Source: an uncultured Chthonomonadaceae bacterium (GTDB lineage: Bacteria; Armatimonadota; Chthonomonadetes; Chthonomonadales; Chthonomonadaceae). Taken from it: a stretch of 64,000 nucleotides of DNA. Under the pieces are notes generated by a model. It was not told the origin of the DNA. It was given only the letters and a program-made list of their open reading frames with translations, and ran no database searches. A program made the position numbers and the translations under genes. Shown here piece by piece: positions 22,004-31,548 of this stretch. The number at the start of each line of letters is the position of its first letter. Positions within the stretch are counted from its first letter, which is position 1. The DNA lies in NCBI GenBank assembly GCA_963835065.1, contig CAWIEK010000046.1:1-64000 (forward strand). Reading direction: 5' to 3'.

Positions 22004-22759
22004 GGGTTGTACCTGTATCTTCATCAGGGCAAAGAATTGACCGTTTGCCAAGTTTCTCGTCCAAAATTTCAATCATCCGCCTGAACGAAGGCAAATTGGC
22101 CCGCAACGTACAAGGATCAAGCTTTTCCAAGTGCTTGAAACGAACGTTTATTCTTTTCAAAGTTGTTGCTACAATGGGCGGTCGCTTGTTCTAGCTTATC
22201 ATGCACGTCATGTCTGATCATGCTCCTCAAGCCCATTTAGAGGCGGCAGATGTGCCTCGTTAATCACCTCCCCCTGCTTTGGGCGCTTCTGCTTTCCGTC
22301 CTGTTTCGGATGATAATGTTTTTGTAAATTTGCGCGATCAGCTACAATCCATGTTTCCATGCAGGTCGTCATCAAGAATACTTGTTGGTCACTCGCGTCA
22401 GAAGGACAATTACACTTATCCACTGTCCGAGCATTCAGATGAGCGCAAGGTTTTGTAATATCGGCCACAGGGTCTTCGCTGTCTACAAGCATGGCTACAA
22501 AAGCGAGTAGTCCCTTACCGCCAGATGCTCTAAATTGCTTGATGGCTTCATCATGAGCTTTTCTGAAATCTTTGGCAGTCTCATCACGACTCCCACATGC
22601 GATAATCTGAAAACTACGAGGATCGTATCCACACTTTTCAAGAAGTGCGTGAAACCCTCTGCGGCAGGGGGCTTGATCAGCATCAGATGGCCCCCCTCCC
22701 TCTACATAGATTAATGCCGTTTTTCTTCTGTTACTAGCCTGCGCTCTTGACCAGTTCAC
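21990..22759 (-). CDS. DUF4276 family (TOPRIM-like) protein, with frameshifts near 22215 and 22125
   Basis: IYVEGGG, ACGSR, LVDSE and CMETWIVAD motifs. The C-terminus HDKLEQATAHC...SFQALG/KLDP...PSF continues in shifted frames. Confidence 0.7.
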
Positions 22760-23985
22760 CAGCGTGTCCCTCCTAACTGGCCCCTGCGCCACAGCTTGCC
22801 GAGTGAGTAACCTTCCGAGTAATCTTCAAGCCAGACCGCAAGCTCGTCCTTGTCAAGACGTTTCATTTCTGTCTGTCCATCCCATTTTTCACAGACCACG
22901 ACTGTTTCAGGGTACTTCGTCAGCGCGTCTACAAGTATATCAGAGTGGGTAGTGACAATCAACTGCGTTTTTTGGGATGCATCTCGAAGTAGTCCCGCAA
23001 GAATGTGTATCAAATCAGGATGAAGCCCTATTTCCGGCTCTTCAATACAGATAAGCGATGGCGGATCAGGGTCGCATAAAATTGCCAGCAACGCCAGATA
23101 GTGCAATGTTCCGTCTGACAAACGCATTGCAGATATGGGAAAGTTCTTCTCATGTATGGTAAGCAGTGTGCCTTCTTCTGTGATCTCAACTTCAAAATCT
23201 TCTAATCCTCCATAAATATTTCGCAGGTGTTCTAGAAGTTGTTCTCCAACTCTTGTATCTTCTTTCAGCCTGTTCAGGAACACGCTAAGATTAGAGTAAT
23301 TCTCTTCAAGCCGGTCGTCCAGTGCATCTGCCTTTTGTGAGTTGCGGAGGACGTTGTCACGCCCAAATCGCCAGTCCCGATAGATGCTGATTTTGCCGTA
23401 CTGCTCGGCAAGATAAGTCAATTGCTTGTAACGTTCTGGGTCTCGAAATCGCGCCAGTAACGAAGCATTTTTGTCTGCAACTTCGCTGTCTATGATTTCT
23501 GTCTCTCCCTCAGCAGTAATTTCAAGACGCCCTTCTTCATTGACAGCGCGGAAGGGGTTTGTCCCTTCATCTTTCATGTCAACAGCGTCTTCGATTTCTT
23601 CATATGCCAGTTGAAAAGCAAAGTTGTTGGGCCGGAAACTGACGGTATGTTGTAGATAGGGTTCGTAAGCCGCATTATTGATGGCTGCGTAGATCGAAGC
23701 ATCGTTATCCGGCGCTCCTTTCCATATCCACTTTGCCACCCCCCCGCCCTGCCCCGTCACTTTTTGAAAGCCTGTTGGCGCGGCTCTCAGGAACGCAATG
23801 GCTTCTATAAGATTGGATTTACCGCTGCCGTTTGCTCCGATAAGGACATTGAGCGCCCTCAGTTCAATGGCTTCCGTATCCGGCCCGAACGAGAGAAAAT
23901 TTGTTGGCTTGATTTCGCTGATGAAGATTGGCTCCGGTTGGGTAGAGACAGTATCGAGTTCATCATCGGTTGCGAATTGGGTCAT
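22756..23985 (-). CDS. AAA_21/AAA_15 ABC-type ATPase
   Basis: Walker A GANGSGKS, signature LSDGT, Walker B IEEPEIGLHP and TTHS. Confidence 0.9.
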   Translation of the reverse strand: MTQFATDDELDTVSTQPEPIFISEIKPTNFLSFGPDTEAIELRALNVLIGANGSGKSNLIEAIAFLRAAPTGFQKVTGQGGGVAKWIWKGAPDNDASIYAAINNAAYEPYLQHTVSFRPNNFAFQLAYEEIEDAVDMKDEGTNPFRAVNEEGRLEITAEGETEIIDSEVADKNASLLARFRDPERYKQLTYLAEQYGKISIYRDWRFGRDNVLRNSQKADALDDRLEENYSNLSVFLNRLKEDTRVGEQLLEHLRNIYGGLEDFEVEITEEGTLLTIHEKNFPISAMRLSDGTLHYLALLAILCDPDPPSLICIEEPEIGLHPDLIHILAGLLRDASQKTQLIVTTHSDILVDALTKYPETVVVCEKWDGQTEMKRLDKDELAVWLEDYSEGYSLGKLWRRGQLGGTRW

Positions 23986-24242
23986 TGTTTTACCTTTCAG
24001 ATTGATGAAGAACACTGCTTAACTTACGACGATTGGGGCAAAGATTCCTTCTTCTTAACGTACAGCGCGAGGAACGAGCGGCCAGGAGAGGGGTGGGGTA
24101 TTTTCAGAATAGGTGGGTTATCTTCTTATTGTCTTCCCCGGCAAATTGGGATAGGCTTTTGGCCGCATTCACAAAAGTTCTGCGCCAGTCCAATTCGCCT
24201 TTTGTCAGGGCCAGAAAAAAGTCAGAAAAAGAACAAAAGGAT

Positions 24243-24270
24243 GAAACTTTCGCCGCACATACCATGTCTA
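24243..24270 (+). promoter_or_regulatory. Putative ECF-sigma promoter, copy 1
   Basis: GAAACT-N17-GTCTA preceded by an A-rich tract; same architecture as 49245-49273. Confidence 0.55.
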
Positions 24271-24344
24271 TATGTGCAGACATTAGTCTACCAATCAGCC
24301 AGGTGGAGGGATGCTGAGAGTTTAAAATTCCTTTCAACAATCTT

Positions 24345-24508
24345 ACCCGGAAGGGAGGTGCAAGAGTATGCCTGTACACTTCCCACGTTCGCCTTGACGC
24401 TTCGGAGGTCACGACGCCTCTACTTAAAAACTTGACACAAAGAGGCTGAGTGCTGAAAGCGCTGCATTGCCAATATTTCGACGACGCCTCTACATATTTC
24501 TCTTTTTT
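24345..24508 (+). ncRNA. Conserved micro-ORF + RNA element, copy 1 (peptide MPVHFPRSP at 24368-24397)
   Basis: Blockwise identity to 49374-49531; AAGGGAGG RBS; ends in a T-tract. Confidence 0.6.
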
Positions 24509-24606
24509 GCCGCTGCTCCGTGCAAAGAGGAAATTACAACCTTAATGCCGAAACTTACGCGCACAGATTTTCAACAAAATGCGACAAAGCGGGAGCAATA
24601 AGGATT

Positions 24607-26204
24607 GTGACGAACTCGAAAGTGTGTGTGATCGGGCTGGACTGCGCTGCGCCCGAACTGGTGTTTGACCTGTGGGCTGACCTGCTGCCCAATCTGCGCG
24701 GCCTGATGCAGTCCGGCATGTACGGCCCGCTGGAAAGCACGATTCCCCCCATTACCGTGCCCGCATGGATGTGCATGATGACCGGCAAAGACCCCGGTAC
24801 ATTGGGCATTTACGGCTTCCGCAATCGCCGCGACCATTCGTATGACGGGCTGGCGTTCGCGTCCAGCAAAATGGTGCAGGAGGCTGCGCTGTGGGACGTG
24901 CTGGCCGAACATGGCAAGCGTACTATCGCGCTCGGCGTCCCACTCACCTATCCCCCGCGCCCCATACACGGCCTGCTTGTCACCGATTTCCTTGCCCCCA
25001 ACGTGGAAAGCGATTACACCTACCCGCCGGAACTCAAAGCCGAAATCAAAGCGGTTGTGGGCGAGTACCTGTTCGATACCCGCGAGTTTCGTACCGAAGA
25101 CAAAGCGAAACTGCTGGACGACATTTATACCATGACTTCGCGCCGCTTCCAACTGGCGCAGCATCTGCTGACTACGAAACCCTGGGATTTGTTCATCATG
25201 GTGGAAATGGGGCCGGATCGCATCCATCACGCTTTTTGGAAGTATTTCGATCCCAAGCATCCCGAAATACGTTCCCGGCAACCCCTACGAACACGCCATC
25301 CGCGACTACTACATCGCCCTCGACGCGCAGATAGGCCAACTGCTTTCCCATCTCGACGAAGGCACACGCGATTTTGATTGTGTCCGATCACGGCGCAAAA
25401 CGCATGGACGGCGGCGTGTGCTTCAACGACTGGCTGATACAGGAAGGCTACCTTACCCTCAAAGCCACGCCACAACCCGGCACGAAGTTTGCCCCCGCGC
25501 TCGTAGATTGGACCCGAACCCGCGCCTGGGGCGACGGCGGCTATTACGGGCGCGTGTTCCTGAACGTGCAGGGGCGCGAACCGCAAGGCATCGTGCCACC
25601 CGAAGAAGCAGAAGCGCTCAAACTGGAACTAACCGCCAAATTAGAGGCTATGCCCGACGAACACGGCAGCCCCTTGAATAACCGCGTGTTCCGCCCCGAA
25701 ACCCTGTACGCCCACACCCGCAGCGTTCCGCCCGACCTGATTGTGTACTTCGGCGACCTGCACTGGCGCTCCGTCGGCAGCCTGGGCCATCCCAGCATTT
25801 GGACACACGACAACGACACCGGCCCCGACGACGCCAACCACGCGCAGCACGGCATTTTTATCATGGCAGAAGCCAAGGGAGAAGAGACGAAGAGAAGAAA
25901 AGAAGAAGAGAAGACAGGACAGGGAACAGAAGGAACTCAATCGGCAATCGGCAATCAACAATCGGCAATCGCTTCATCCTTCATCCTTCATCCTTCATCC
26001 TTGCCAAATTCCCTCAGCCCTCAACCGGGCTTATCCATCTACGACATTGCGCCGACGGTTCTGAACGCCCTGGGCATTGCGCCGCCGCCAGGTATGGGGC
26101 GCAATGCGATTGGTTCTGCGCCGACTCCGCGCCCCGACAGCGCGTATAGTGAAGAGGAAGAAGCGGAACTGGCGCGGCGGCTGGAAGATTTGGGGTATTT
26201 GTGA
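24607..26204 (+). CDS. Alkaline phosphatase superfamily / type I phosphodiesterase-nucleotide pyrophosphatase, with frameshifts near 25262 and 25367
   Basis: IGLDCA, STIPPITVPAW, DRIHH, VSDHG and NHAQHG motifs; C-terminal RLEDLGYL. Confidence 0.85.
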
Positions 26205-26307
26205 GGTTTCAGGTGTCAGGTTTCAGGTGTCAGGGAATGCCCGGCTCACGCTGCTTGCCTATTGTAGCAATATTGCCCTGACACCTGAAACCTGACACCT
26301 GAAACCT
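26204..26307. repeat. Inverted heptamer-repeat hairpin (TCAGGTK)n...(CCTGAMA)n
   Basis: Tandem TCAGGTT/TCAGGTG units and an inverted block downstream. Confidence 0.85.
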
Positions 26308-26319
26308 CTGGATGAGACT

Positions 26320-27159
26320 ATGTGGACAGAACAGCAATTAACAGAAGATTTGAAGCGGATCGGGCTGACGGAGGGCGCGAACGTGCTGGTACACACGTCG
26401 CTGCGGGCGGTCGGCAAAATCGAGGGCGGGGCGGAAACCTTGGTACGGGCGTTTCGGCAGGCATTGGGGTCGTCCGGTACGCTGCTGGTTCCCACGTTCT
26501 GCGAGGATCACCGCGACCCGGCGGAATGGGAAACGCCGCCGATTGAGGAAGACCTGGAACGGATGCGGGACATTGTGCCGCCTTATGTTCACGAAAAGCC
26601 CTCCACAACCCTGCGCTCGACAGGCGTGTTTCCTGAAATCGTTCGCCAGCAGCCGGACGCCCTGCGCAGCGAACATCCCGCGTTTTCGTTCGCCGCAATA
26701 GGAGCCAACGCCGCCTTTTTGACACAGAACGCGCCCCTGCACTATCCGCTTGGTTCCGGCAGCCCGCTGTCCCGCCTGCACCAGTTGGACGGCTATGTGT
26801 TATTAATCGGGGTGTCTCACGCGGTAAACAGTTCCGTGTATTTGGGCGAGATTTGGGCCAACATGCCCTACGTTCATCGCTCACGAACGCTCAAGACCAA
26901 CTCCGGCGAATGGACAAGCATGAAGGGCAGCCCGGAATGTAGTGAGGGCTTTGTGAAAATCGAACCCCTGCTGCGCAACTGCCGCGTTCTGCGCCACGAT
27001 TACATCGGCAACGCGCCCAGCCAATTGATGCGGCAGCAGGCCGTCGTTTCGATGGCGATTGCGCTGCTGCAAGGCAGCGCTTCCGCCCTGTTGTGCAGCA
27101 ATCCGCAGTGCGTAGAATGTAACCTCGCCCGCCGATTCACCGCGGAACAAACGCGGTAA
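26320..27159 (+). CDS. AAC(3)/YokD family N-acetyltransferase
   Basis: VLVHTSL, GTLLVPTF, RSEHPAFSFAAIG and VLLIGV motifs. Confidence 0.85.
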   Translation: MWTEQQLTEDLKRIGLTEGANVLVHTSLRAVGKIEGGAETLVRAFRQALGSSGTLLVPTFCEDHRDPAEWETPPIEEDLERMRDIVPPYVHEKPSTTLRSTGVFPEIVRQQPDALRSEHPAFSFAAIGANAAFLTQNAPLHYPLGSGSPLSRLHQLDGYVLLIGVSHAVNSSVYLGEIWANMPYVHRSRTLKTNSGEWTSMKGSPECSEGFVKIEPLLRNCRVLRHDYIGNAPSQLMRQQAVVSMAIALLQGSASALLCSNPQCVECNLARRFTAEQTR

Positions 27160-27161
27160 GA

Positions 27162-27260
27162 AGGTTTCAGGTTTCAGGTGTCAGAGAAATGCCGTTGCTG
27201 GCGCTACATTTCCGTTATAGCAGTATTTTCCTGAAACCTGAAACCTGAAACCTGAAACCT
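27162..27260. repeat. Inverted heptamer-repeat hairpin (TCAGGTK family)
   Basis: AGGTTTCAGGTTTCAGGTGTCAG...CCTGAAACCTGAAACCTGAAACCT. Confidence 0.85.
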
Positions 27261-27888
27261 ATGGATTTTCGGGTACATCGTCCGGTGGCCGACTGTCAAG
27301 GGGAGGACGCGGCAGTTCCGCAGGCTTGGCGGCGGGCGTGTTGGCATGGGCAGGCTTTTGTTTTTCCCCAACTGTGTTGGTTTGCGCTGTTGCCGGCTTC
27401 TCCTTGGTGGCATGGCGGTGGCGTCGGCGTCGGCGGGGCGTTGCAGAATCGTCAACGGGCAGGAGTTCAGGGCCAAGTGTGGTGTCAAAAAGTGGCGAAC
27501 GCCGCGCGCCCATCGTTTGCTTTGTCGTCAACGCGGCAGTTGAATTGGGCGGGCGAACAAGCGAGGGAACCGCGCGGCGCGGCAGTGCAGACGGGAGCGC
27601 GCCGGCGCGTGGTGAGCGGGTTGCCACAGGCTGAATTTCGGCTGTGCCACCAACAAAGGCGCTGCGCGTGGAAGTGTCGTTTGTGGCAGGCCTGGCGGTT
27701 TCCACGCCGTCGAATACTTCTCTCCATGCCGGCAGCACACGCCGCAGGGCTGCAATTCCCGTGCCTGCCAGCGTCAGTATCACACCCACTCCTAATAAGC
27801 GGTTACGCAGTACGCGCTTACGCTCGGTTTCGCGCAGGGAGCGGCGTGGTTTCGGCTCGGTATTCAACTCCTGTTCCAGCATTTTCAT
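27259..27888 (-). CDS. Hypothetical single-TM, low-complexity protein
   Basis: One TM helix followed by a Pro/Arg/Thr-rich tail; divergent from rnpB. Confidence 0.5.
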   Translation of the reverse strand: MKMLEQELNTEPKPRRSLRETERKRVLRNRLLGVGVILTLAGTGIAALRRVLPAWREVFDGVETARPATNDTSTRSAFVGGTAEIQPVATRSPRAGALPSALPRRAVPSLVRPPNSTAALTTKQTMGARRSPLFDTTLGPELLPVDDSATPRRRRRHRHATKEKPATAQTNTVGEKQKPAHANTPAAKPAELPRPPLDSRPPDDVPENP

Positions 27889-28062
27889 GGACCTTACGTG
27901 TTCTTTCGTTTCCCACTGAAATCTTCTCTCGTGTTCTCATTATACGCGCCGGGAACGCATTTGTAGCAAGGAGACGTTTTTGCAGGCCAAACCGGGCCGC
28001 GCGTTTCGCTAAATTGCGCGTTTGCATTGACGGGAGAGCGACACGCAATGGTAGAATCAAGG

Positions 28063-28506
28063 TTCAGGAGGTCGGGTGGTCGCTGCGACGAACGCTTGGG
28101 CGGGCTTGCTCGTGTTGGGCGCAGTCGGAGAGGAAAGTCCGGGCTTCACAGGGCGCGATGCCGGATAACGTCCGGGCGGGGCGACCCGACGGAAAGTGCC
28201 ACAGAAAATATACAGCCGGGGAAGGCATTAGATATTAGGCATTAGGCATTAGAAGAATTCGTTTTTCCTAATGCCTAATATCTAATGCCTAATGCCTTCC
28301 CCGGCAACGGTGAAATGGCGCATTAAGAGTGCACCGGCGGCGTGGAGACACGGCGGCCTGGTAAACCCCATCGGAAGCAAGGTCTGACAGCAGGGGATGA
28401 CGCGGCCCGCCGACCCTGCGGGTAGACCGCTGGAGGAGCCGAGAGTAATCGGCTTCGTAGAGAGATGACCACACAAAGACAAAACCCGGCTTACAGACCT
28501 CCTGAA
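28063..28506 (+). ncRNA. rnpB: RNase P RNA (type A) with an extended P12 hairpin
   Basis: GAGGAAAGTCCGGGC, AGTGCCACAGAAA, GGTAAACCCC and ACAAAACCCGGCTTA motifs. P1 pairing TTCAGGAGGTC/GACCTCCTGAA. Extended -10 TGGTAGAAT upstream. Confidence 0.95.
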
Positions 28507-28515
28507 CTAATCTGA

Positions 28516-28634
28516 AGGTTTCAGGTTTCAGGTTTCAGGTTTCAGGGAACTAATCTCCTACTTTTCCTACTCTGAGCAGAGTAAAGGAAAAGGTAGGCAT
28601 TTTCCTGACACCTGACACCTGACACCTGAAACCT
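28516..28634. repeat. Inverted heptamer-repeat hairpin between convergent rnpB and a CDS
   Basis: (TTTCAGG)n...(CCTGACA)n with an inner stem CCTACTTTTCCT/AGGAAAAGGTAGG. Confidence 0.85.
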
Positions 28635-29663
28635 TTAATTGCGGAACACGAACGGTTTGCCTGTCAGGGCAGACCACTGCGTTCGCTGGTCACTGGAAAG
28701 GCTGGTCAGCGCTTTGTCACCGAGGGATTTGCGCGTCTTTTCGAGTTCTTTTGCAGTTCTCTCCAGATGAGCCTGCATTTCGGCGGGCGTTGTGGGCGCG
28801 GGGGGTGGCGTCGGCGTCTGGCTGCGCGTGGCAGGCGTTCCCGCTTTGGTTAAATGCTCCGGGGAAGCGATTTTGAAGTTCATGCCCAGACGCTTGCTCA
28901 CTTCCTGATGGTACTGCTTGAGGAAATCTGCGACGACGGGACGTTGCTCCGTCGTGAGTTTGGCCTGCTCCGCCACATCCTTGACGCCCATTGCCAGCGG
29001 CCCGCGCCACTGCAAATCCAGTTCCCGCAAGCGCGCCCATTGGGCCGGGGTGAGAATGGCAGCCATTTTTTTGTAGCGGTCATTGGTCAGCGTCACTATT
29101 TCCTCGCCCATTTTGGCAGAGTTCTCCATAAAGTAGCTGCGCTGTTCTTCCTTGGACTTGCCGGAAATTTCCGATAAGGCGGACAGCACGCTTTGCTTTA
29201 CCTGCTGCTGCATGGCCTGCTGCTGATTCTTTTCCAGCGCATCCAGAGACTCGCGCTGGCGGGGCGACAGGTACAATTGCGCCTGCACGTCCTCGCGCTT
29301 GAGTAACGGCATCAGATAACTGCTACCCGGATCAATGACCTGAATGCCCCTCATGCCGAGGATGCCCTCGGCGGCGTTGAAGTTAAAGCCGCCCGCCCCT
29401 CCCATTCCCGGCTTGCCGTTGAGTGTGACCACTTTGCCATCCGGCCCGACCATAACCGCCATTGAGTGTAACCCGCCGAGCATATCCGGCAAGTCGTTGG
29501 GGTCAATGTCGAAAGCCTGTTCCCCGTCGGGGGTGCGAATGACAACGTGCGCCTGCTTTTTGGGCGGCGCGTCCTGCGCGCGAACCGGCAGCAGGGCCAG
29601 TAACCCCAGCGGAATTGCCATGCCGCAAAGGGCGAGTGTTACGAAAAAACGGCGCGTGTGCAT
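28635..29663 (-). CDS. Secreted hypothetical protein with Spy/CpxP-like LTxxQ helices
   Basis: Signal peptide; LSPRQ, LTPAQ, LTTEQ and LSSDQ repeats; lies downstream of the two-component system. Confidence 0.6.
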   Translation of the reverse strand: MHTRRFFVTLALCGMAIPLGLLALLPVRAQDAPPKKQAHVVIRTPDGEQAFDIDPNDLPDMLGGLHSMAVMVGPDGKVVTLNGKPGMGGAGGFNFNAAEGILGMRGIQVIDPGSSYLMPLLKREDVQAQLYLSPRQRESLDALEKNQQQAMQQQVKQSVLSALSEISGKSKEEQRSYFMENSAKMGEEIVTLTNDRYKKMAAILTPAQWARLRELDLQWRGPLAMGVKDVAEQAKLTTEQRPVVADFLKQYHQEVSKRLGMNFKIASPEHLTKAGTPATRSQTPTPPPAPTTPAEMQAHLERTAKELEKTRKSLGDKALTSLSSDQRTQWSALTGKPFVFRN

Positions 29664-29769
29664 TGTTCTGTCTCCTATTCCAAACGTTAGAGTGAGAACG
29701 CGGGCGGTTTGCGCCCGGTTCTGTTGTCCAGTATAGCAGGCAGTTCTGACGAAATCCTGAAAAGCGAAT

Positions 29770-31548
29770 TCAGGCGGAAAACAGGGGCAGGCGGACGGTA
29801 ACGGTTGTGCCTTTGCCGAGTTCGCTTTGGATAGACAGGGTTCCCCCATGCTGGGCGACGATGGCGCGGCAAATGGCGATGCCCAACCCCGCGCCGCCGT
29901 GCTTGCGGTTGCGGCCTGCGTCGGCACGATAAAAGCGTTCGCCCAAATGGGAAAGATGCTCTGCGCCAATGCCGCAGCCGGTATCACGGACGCAAACCAC
30001 GCCGCATTGCCCGTCGCGCTCTGTTATCACCGTAATTTGGCCTTCGGAGGGCGTGTAGCGGAGGGCGTTTTCCAGCAGATTGAGAAACAGGCGGTGCAGG
30101 TGGTCGGCGTTTCCGCAGACCGTTAGGTTCGGTTCGCTTGCCTGCAAGGTAATGGGAGTGCGCGGCCCGGAGGCAGGCGCGTTTGCCACGTCAACAGCCA
30201 CTTCCTGTAAAATGTCGTACAGCGACACGGCGCGCGCATCCGGCAGAATTTGACCCGCATCCGAGCGGGCCAACAGCAGCAGGTCGCGTACCAAAGCCGT
30301 CATGCGGTCTGTAGCCCGGTCTATCTGGCGCAGGGCGTGAAGATGCTCTTCAGACGGCTCGGTTTCCTTCAGGGCAATGCCCGTGTTGGCTTTGATGGTC
30401 GTCAGCGGAGTGCGCAGTTCGTGCGATGCATCGGCGGTAAACCGACGCAATTGCTCCATTGCCTGCTCGCGCTGTAAAAATGTTTGTTCCACACGGTCAA
30501 GCGCGCGGTTGAACGCGCCCGCCAGTTCGTCGAATTCATCGGCTCCCCGAATGGGCAGGCGCTGCGAAAGCTGTTCCGGGCGCAGGCGCGTGGCGGCATG
30601 GGCGAGAGATTTCACGGGCAACAGCGCGCGATGGGTCAGGAAAACGCCCGTGCCCGCCGCCGCCAGTAACGCTATCGGCAAAATCAGCAGCAGGGTGCGC
30701 GTCAGGCCGGCAATATCGCGCTGCACCTGTCCAAGCGGCGCGGCGATCTGCACCACGCCGATGATTTGCCGGGGCGCGGCATTGCCGGCGTTGTTATCCT
30801 CTTCTTTGTACAGGGGCTGCGATAAAACGCGCAGGGCGGCGTCTTTCCAAAGCACAGTGGACAAGCGTTCCTGCCCGTTCAGCGCGGCTTGAAAACTTGC
30901 CTTATCCCACAAACGGTAATCTTCCAGGGACTGCTTTGTCTCCTCTAAGGCAGAAACGGGAAGCGGCAGGAAATCGAACGGCAGTTTGAGGGCCAGCGGA
31001 GACAGCGGCTTGCCCTGAAGATCGAAGGTGCGATACAAGTATTGTCCTGACACGTCGGCTTCCTGCGAAGTTATATCTGCCGCCGCGCTTATATTTTGGA
31101 CAATGTTGTAGCGCGTTTCTGCCTGCTGTTTCTCGGCTCGCGCAGGCGGCGACGAGGGAACAAAGCCTGACAGCGCGTGTTTGTCTGTCGCTATCCTGAA
31201 CGATACCTGCGCGTTCTTCATCGCTGTTGCCGGAGGCATGTTGAGCGCGGACAAGTAGCGTGAAGGATCAAAGCCAGAGGATTGCAGCAGTTTGATTGGA
31301 TCCGGGGCGGACTTGCCGGAACTGCTGTTCGCAACGAAAACCATCTTGACCTGATGCTTTTCCTGAAAACGCTGCGCCTGCATCTTGATGTCGCGGTCCA
31401 GCGCGTTCAGCAGATAGTTTTTCGCCACAAAGCGGACGGCAACCCCAAGCGCCACGAGAACAAACGCTAACGTCAGCGTGTTCCACAGCGTGAGCCGAAC
31501 GCGAACAGAAGAACGGAGAACAGGCAAACGAGGGGCGCGAAGCGTCAT
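29770..31548 (-). CDS. HAMP-domain sensor histidine kinase
   Basis: FTADASHELRTPL, NLLENALRY, DTGCGI and GAGLGIAI motifs. Confidence 0.92.
   Translation of the reverse strand: MTLRAPRLPVLRSSVRVRLTLWNTLTLAFVLVALGVAVRFVAKNYLLNALDRDIKMQAQRFQEKHQVKMVFVANSSSGKSAPDPIKLLQSSGFDPSRYLSALNMPPATAMKNAQVSFRIATDKHALSGFVPSSPPARAEKQQAETRYNIVQNISAAADITSQEADVSGQYLYRTFDLQGKPLSPLALKLPFDFLPLPVSALEETKQSLEDYRLWDKASFQAALNGQERLSTVLWKDAALRVLSQPLYKEEDNNAGNAAPRQIIGVVQIAAPLGQVQRDIAGLTRTLLLILPIALLAAAGTGVFLTHRALLPVKSLAHAATRLRPEQLSQRLPIRGADEFDELAGAFNRALDRVEQTFLQREQAMEQLRRFTADASHELRTPLTTIKANTGIALKETEPSEEHLHALRQIDRATDRMTALVRDLLLLARSDAGQILPDARAVSLYDILQEVAVDVANAPASGPRTPITLQASEPNLTVCGNADHLHRLFLNLLENALRYTPSEGQITVITERDGQCGVVCVRDTGCGIGAEHLSHLGERFYRADAGRNRKHGGAGLGIAICRAIVAQHGGTLSIQSELGKGTTVTVRLPLFSA

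Noticed and set aside
24432..24437. TTGACA inside the twin RNA element as a sigma70 -35 box
   Set aside because: Neither copy has a -10-like hexamer 16-18 nt downstream, so it is more likely a conserved RNA or protein-binding motif.
26320..27159. Bona fide aminoglycoside resistance gene
   Set aside because: The AAC(3)/YokD family includes many chromosomal enzymes with other substrates. There is no mobile context, and the usual catalytic His region reads SSVYLGE.
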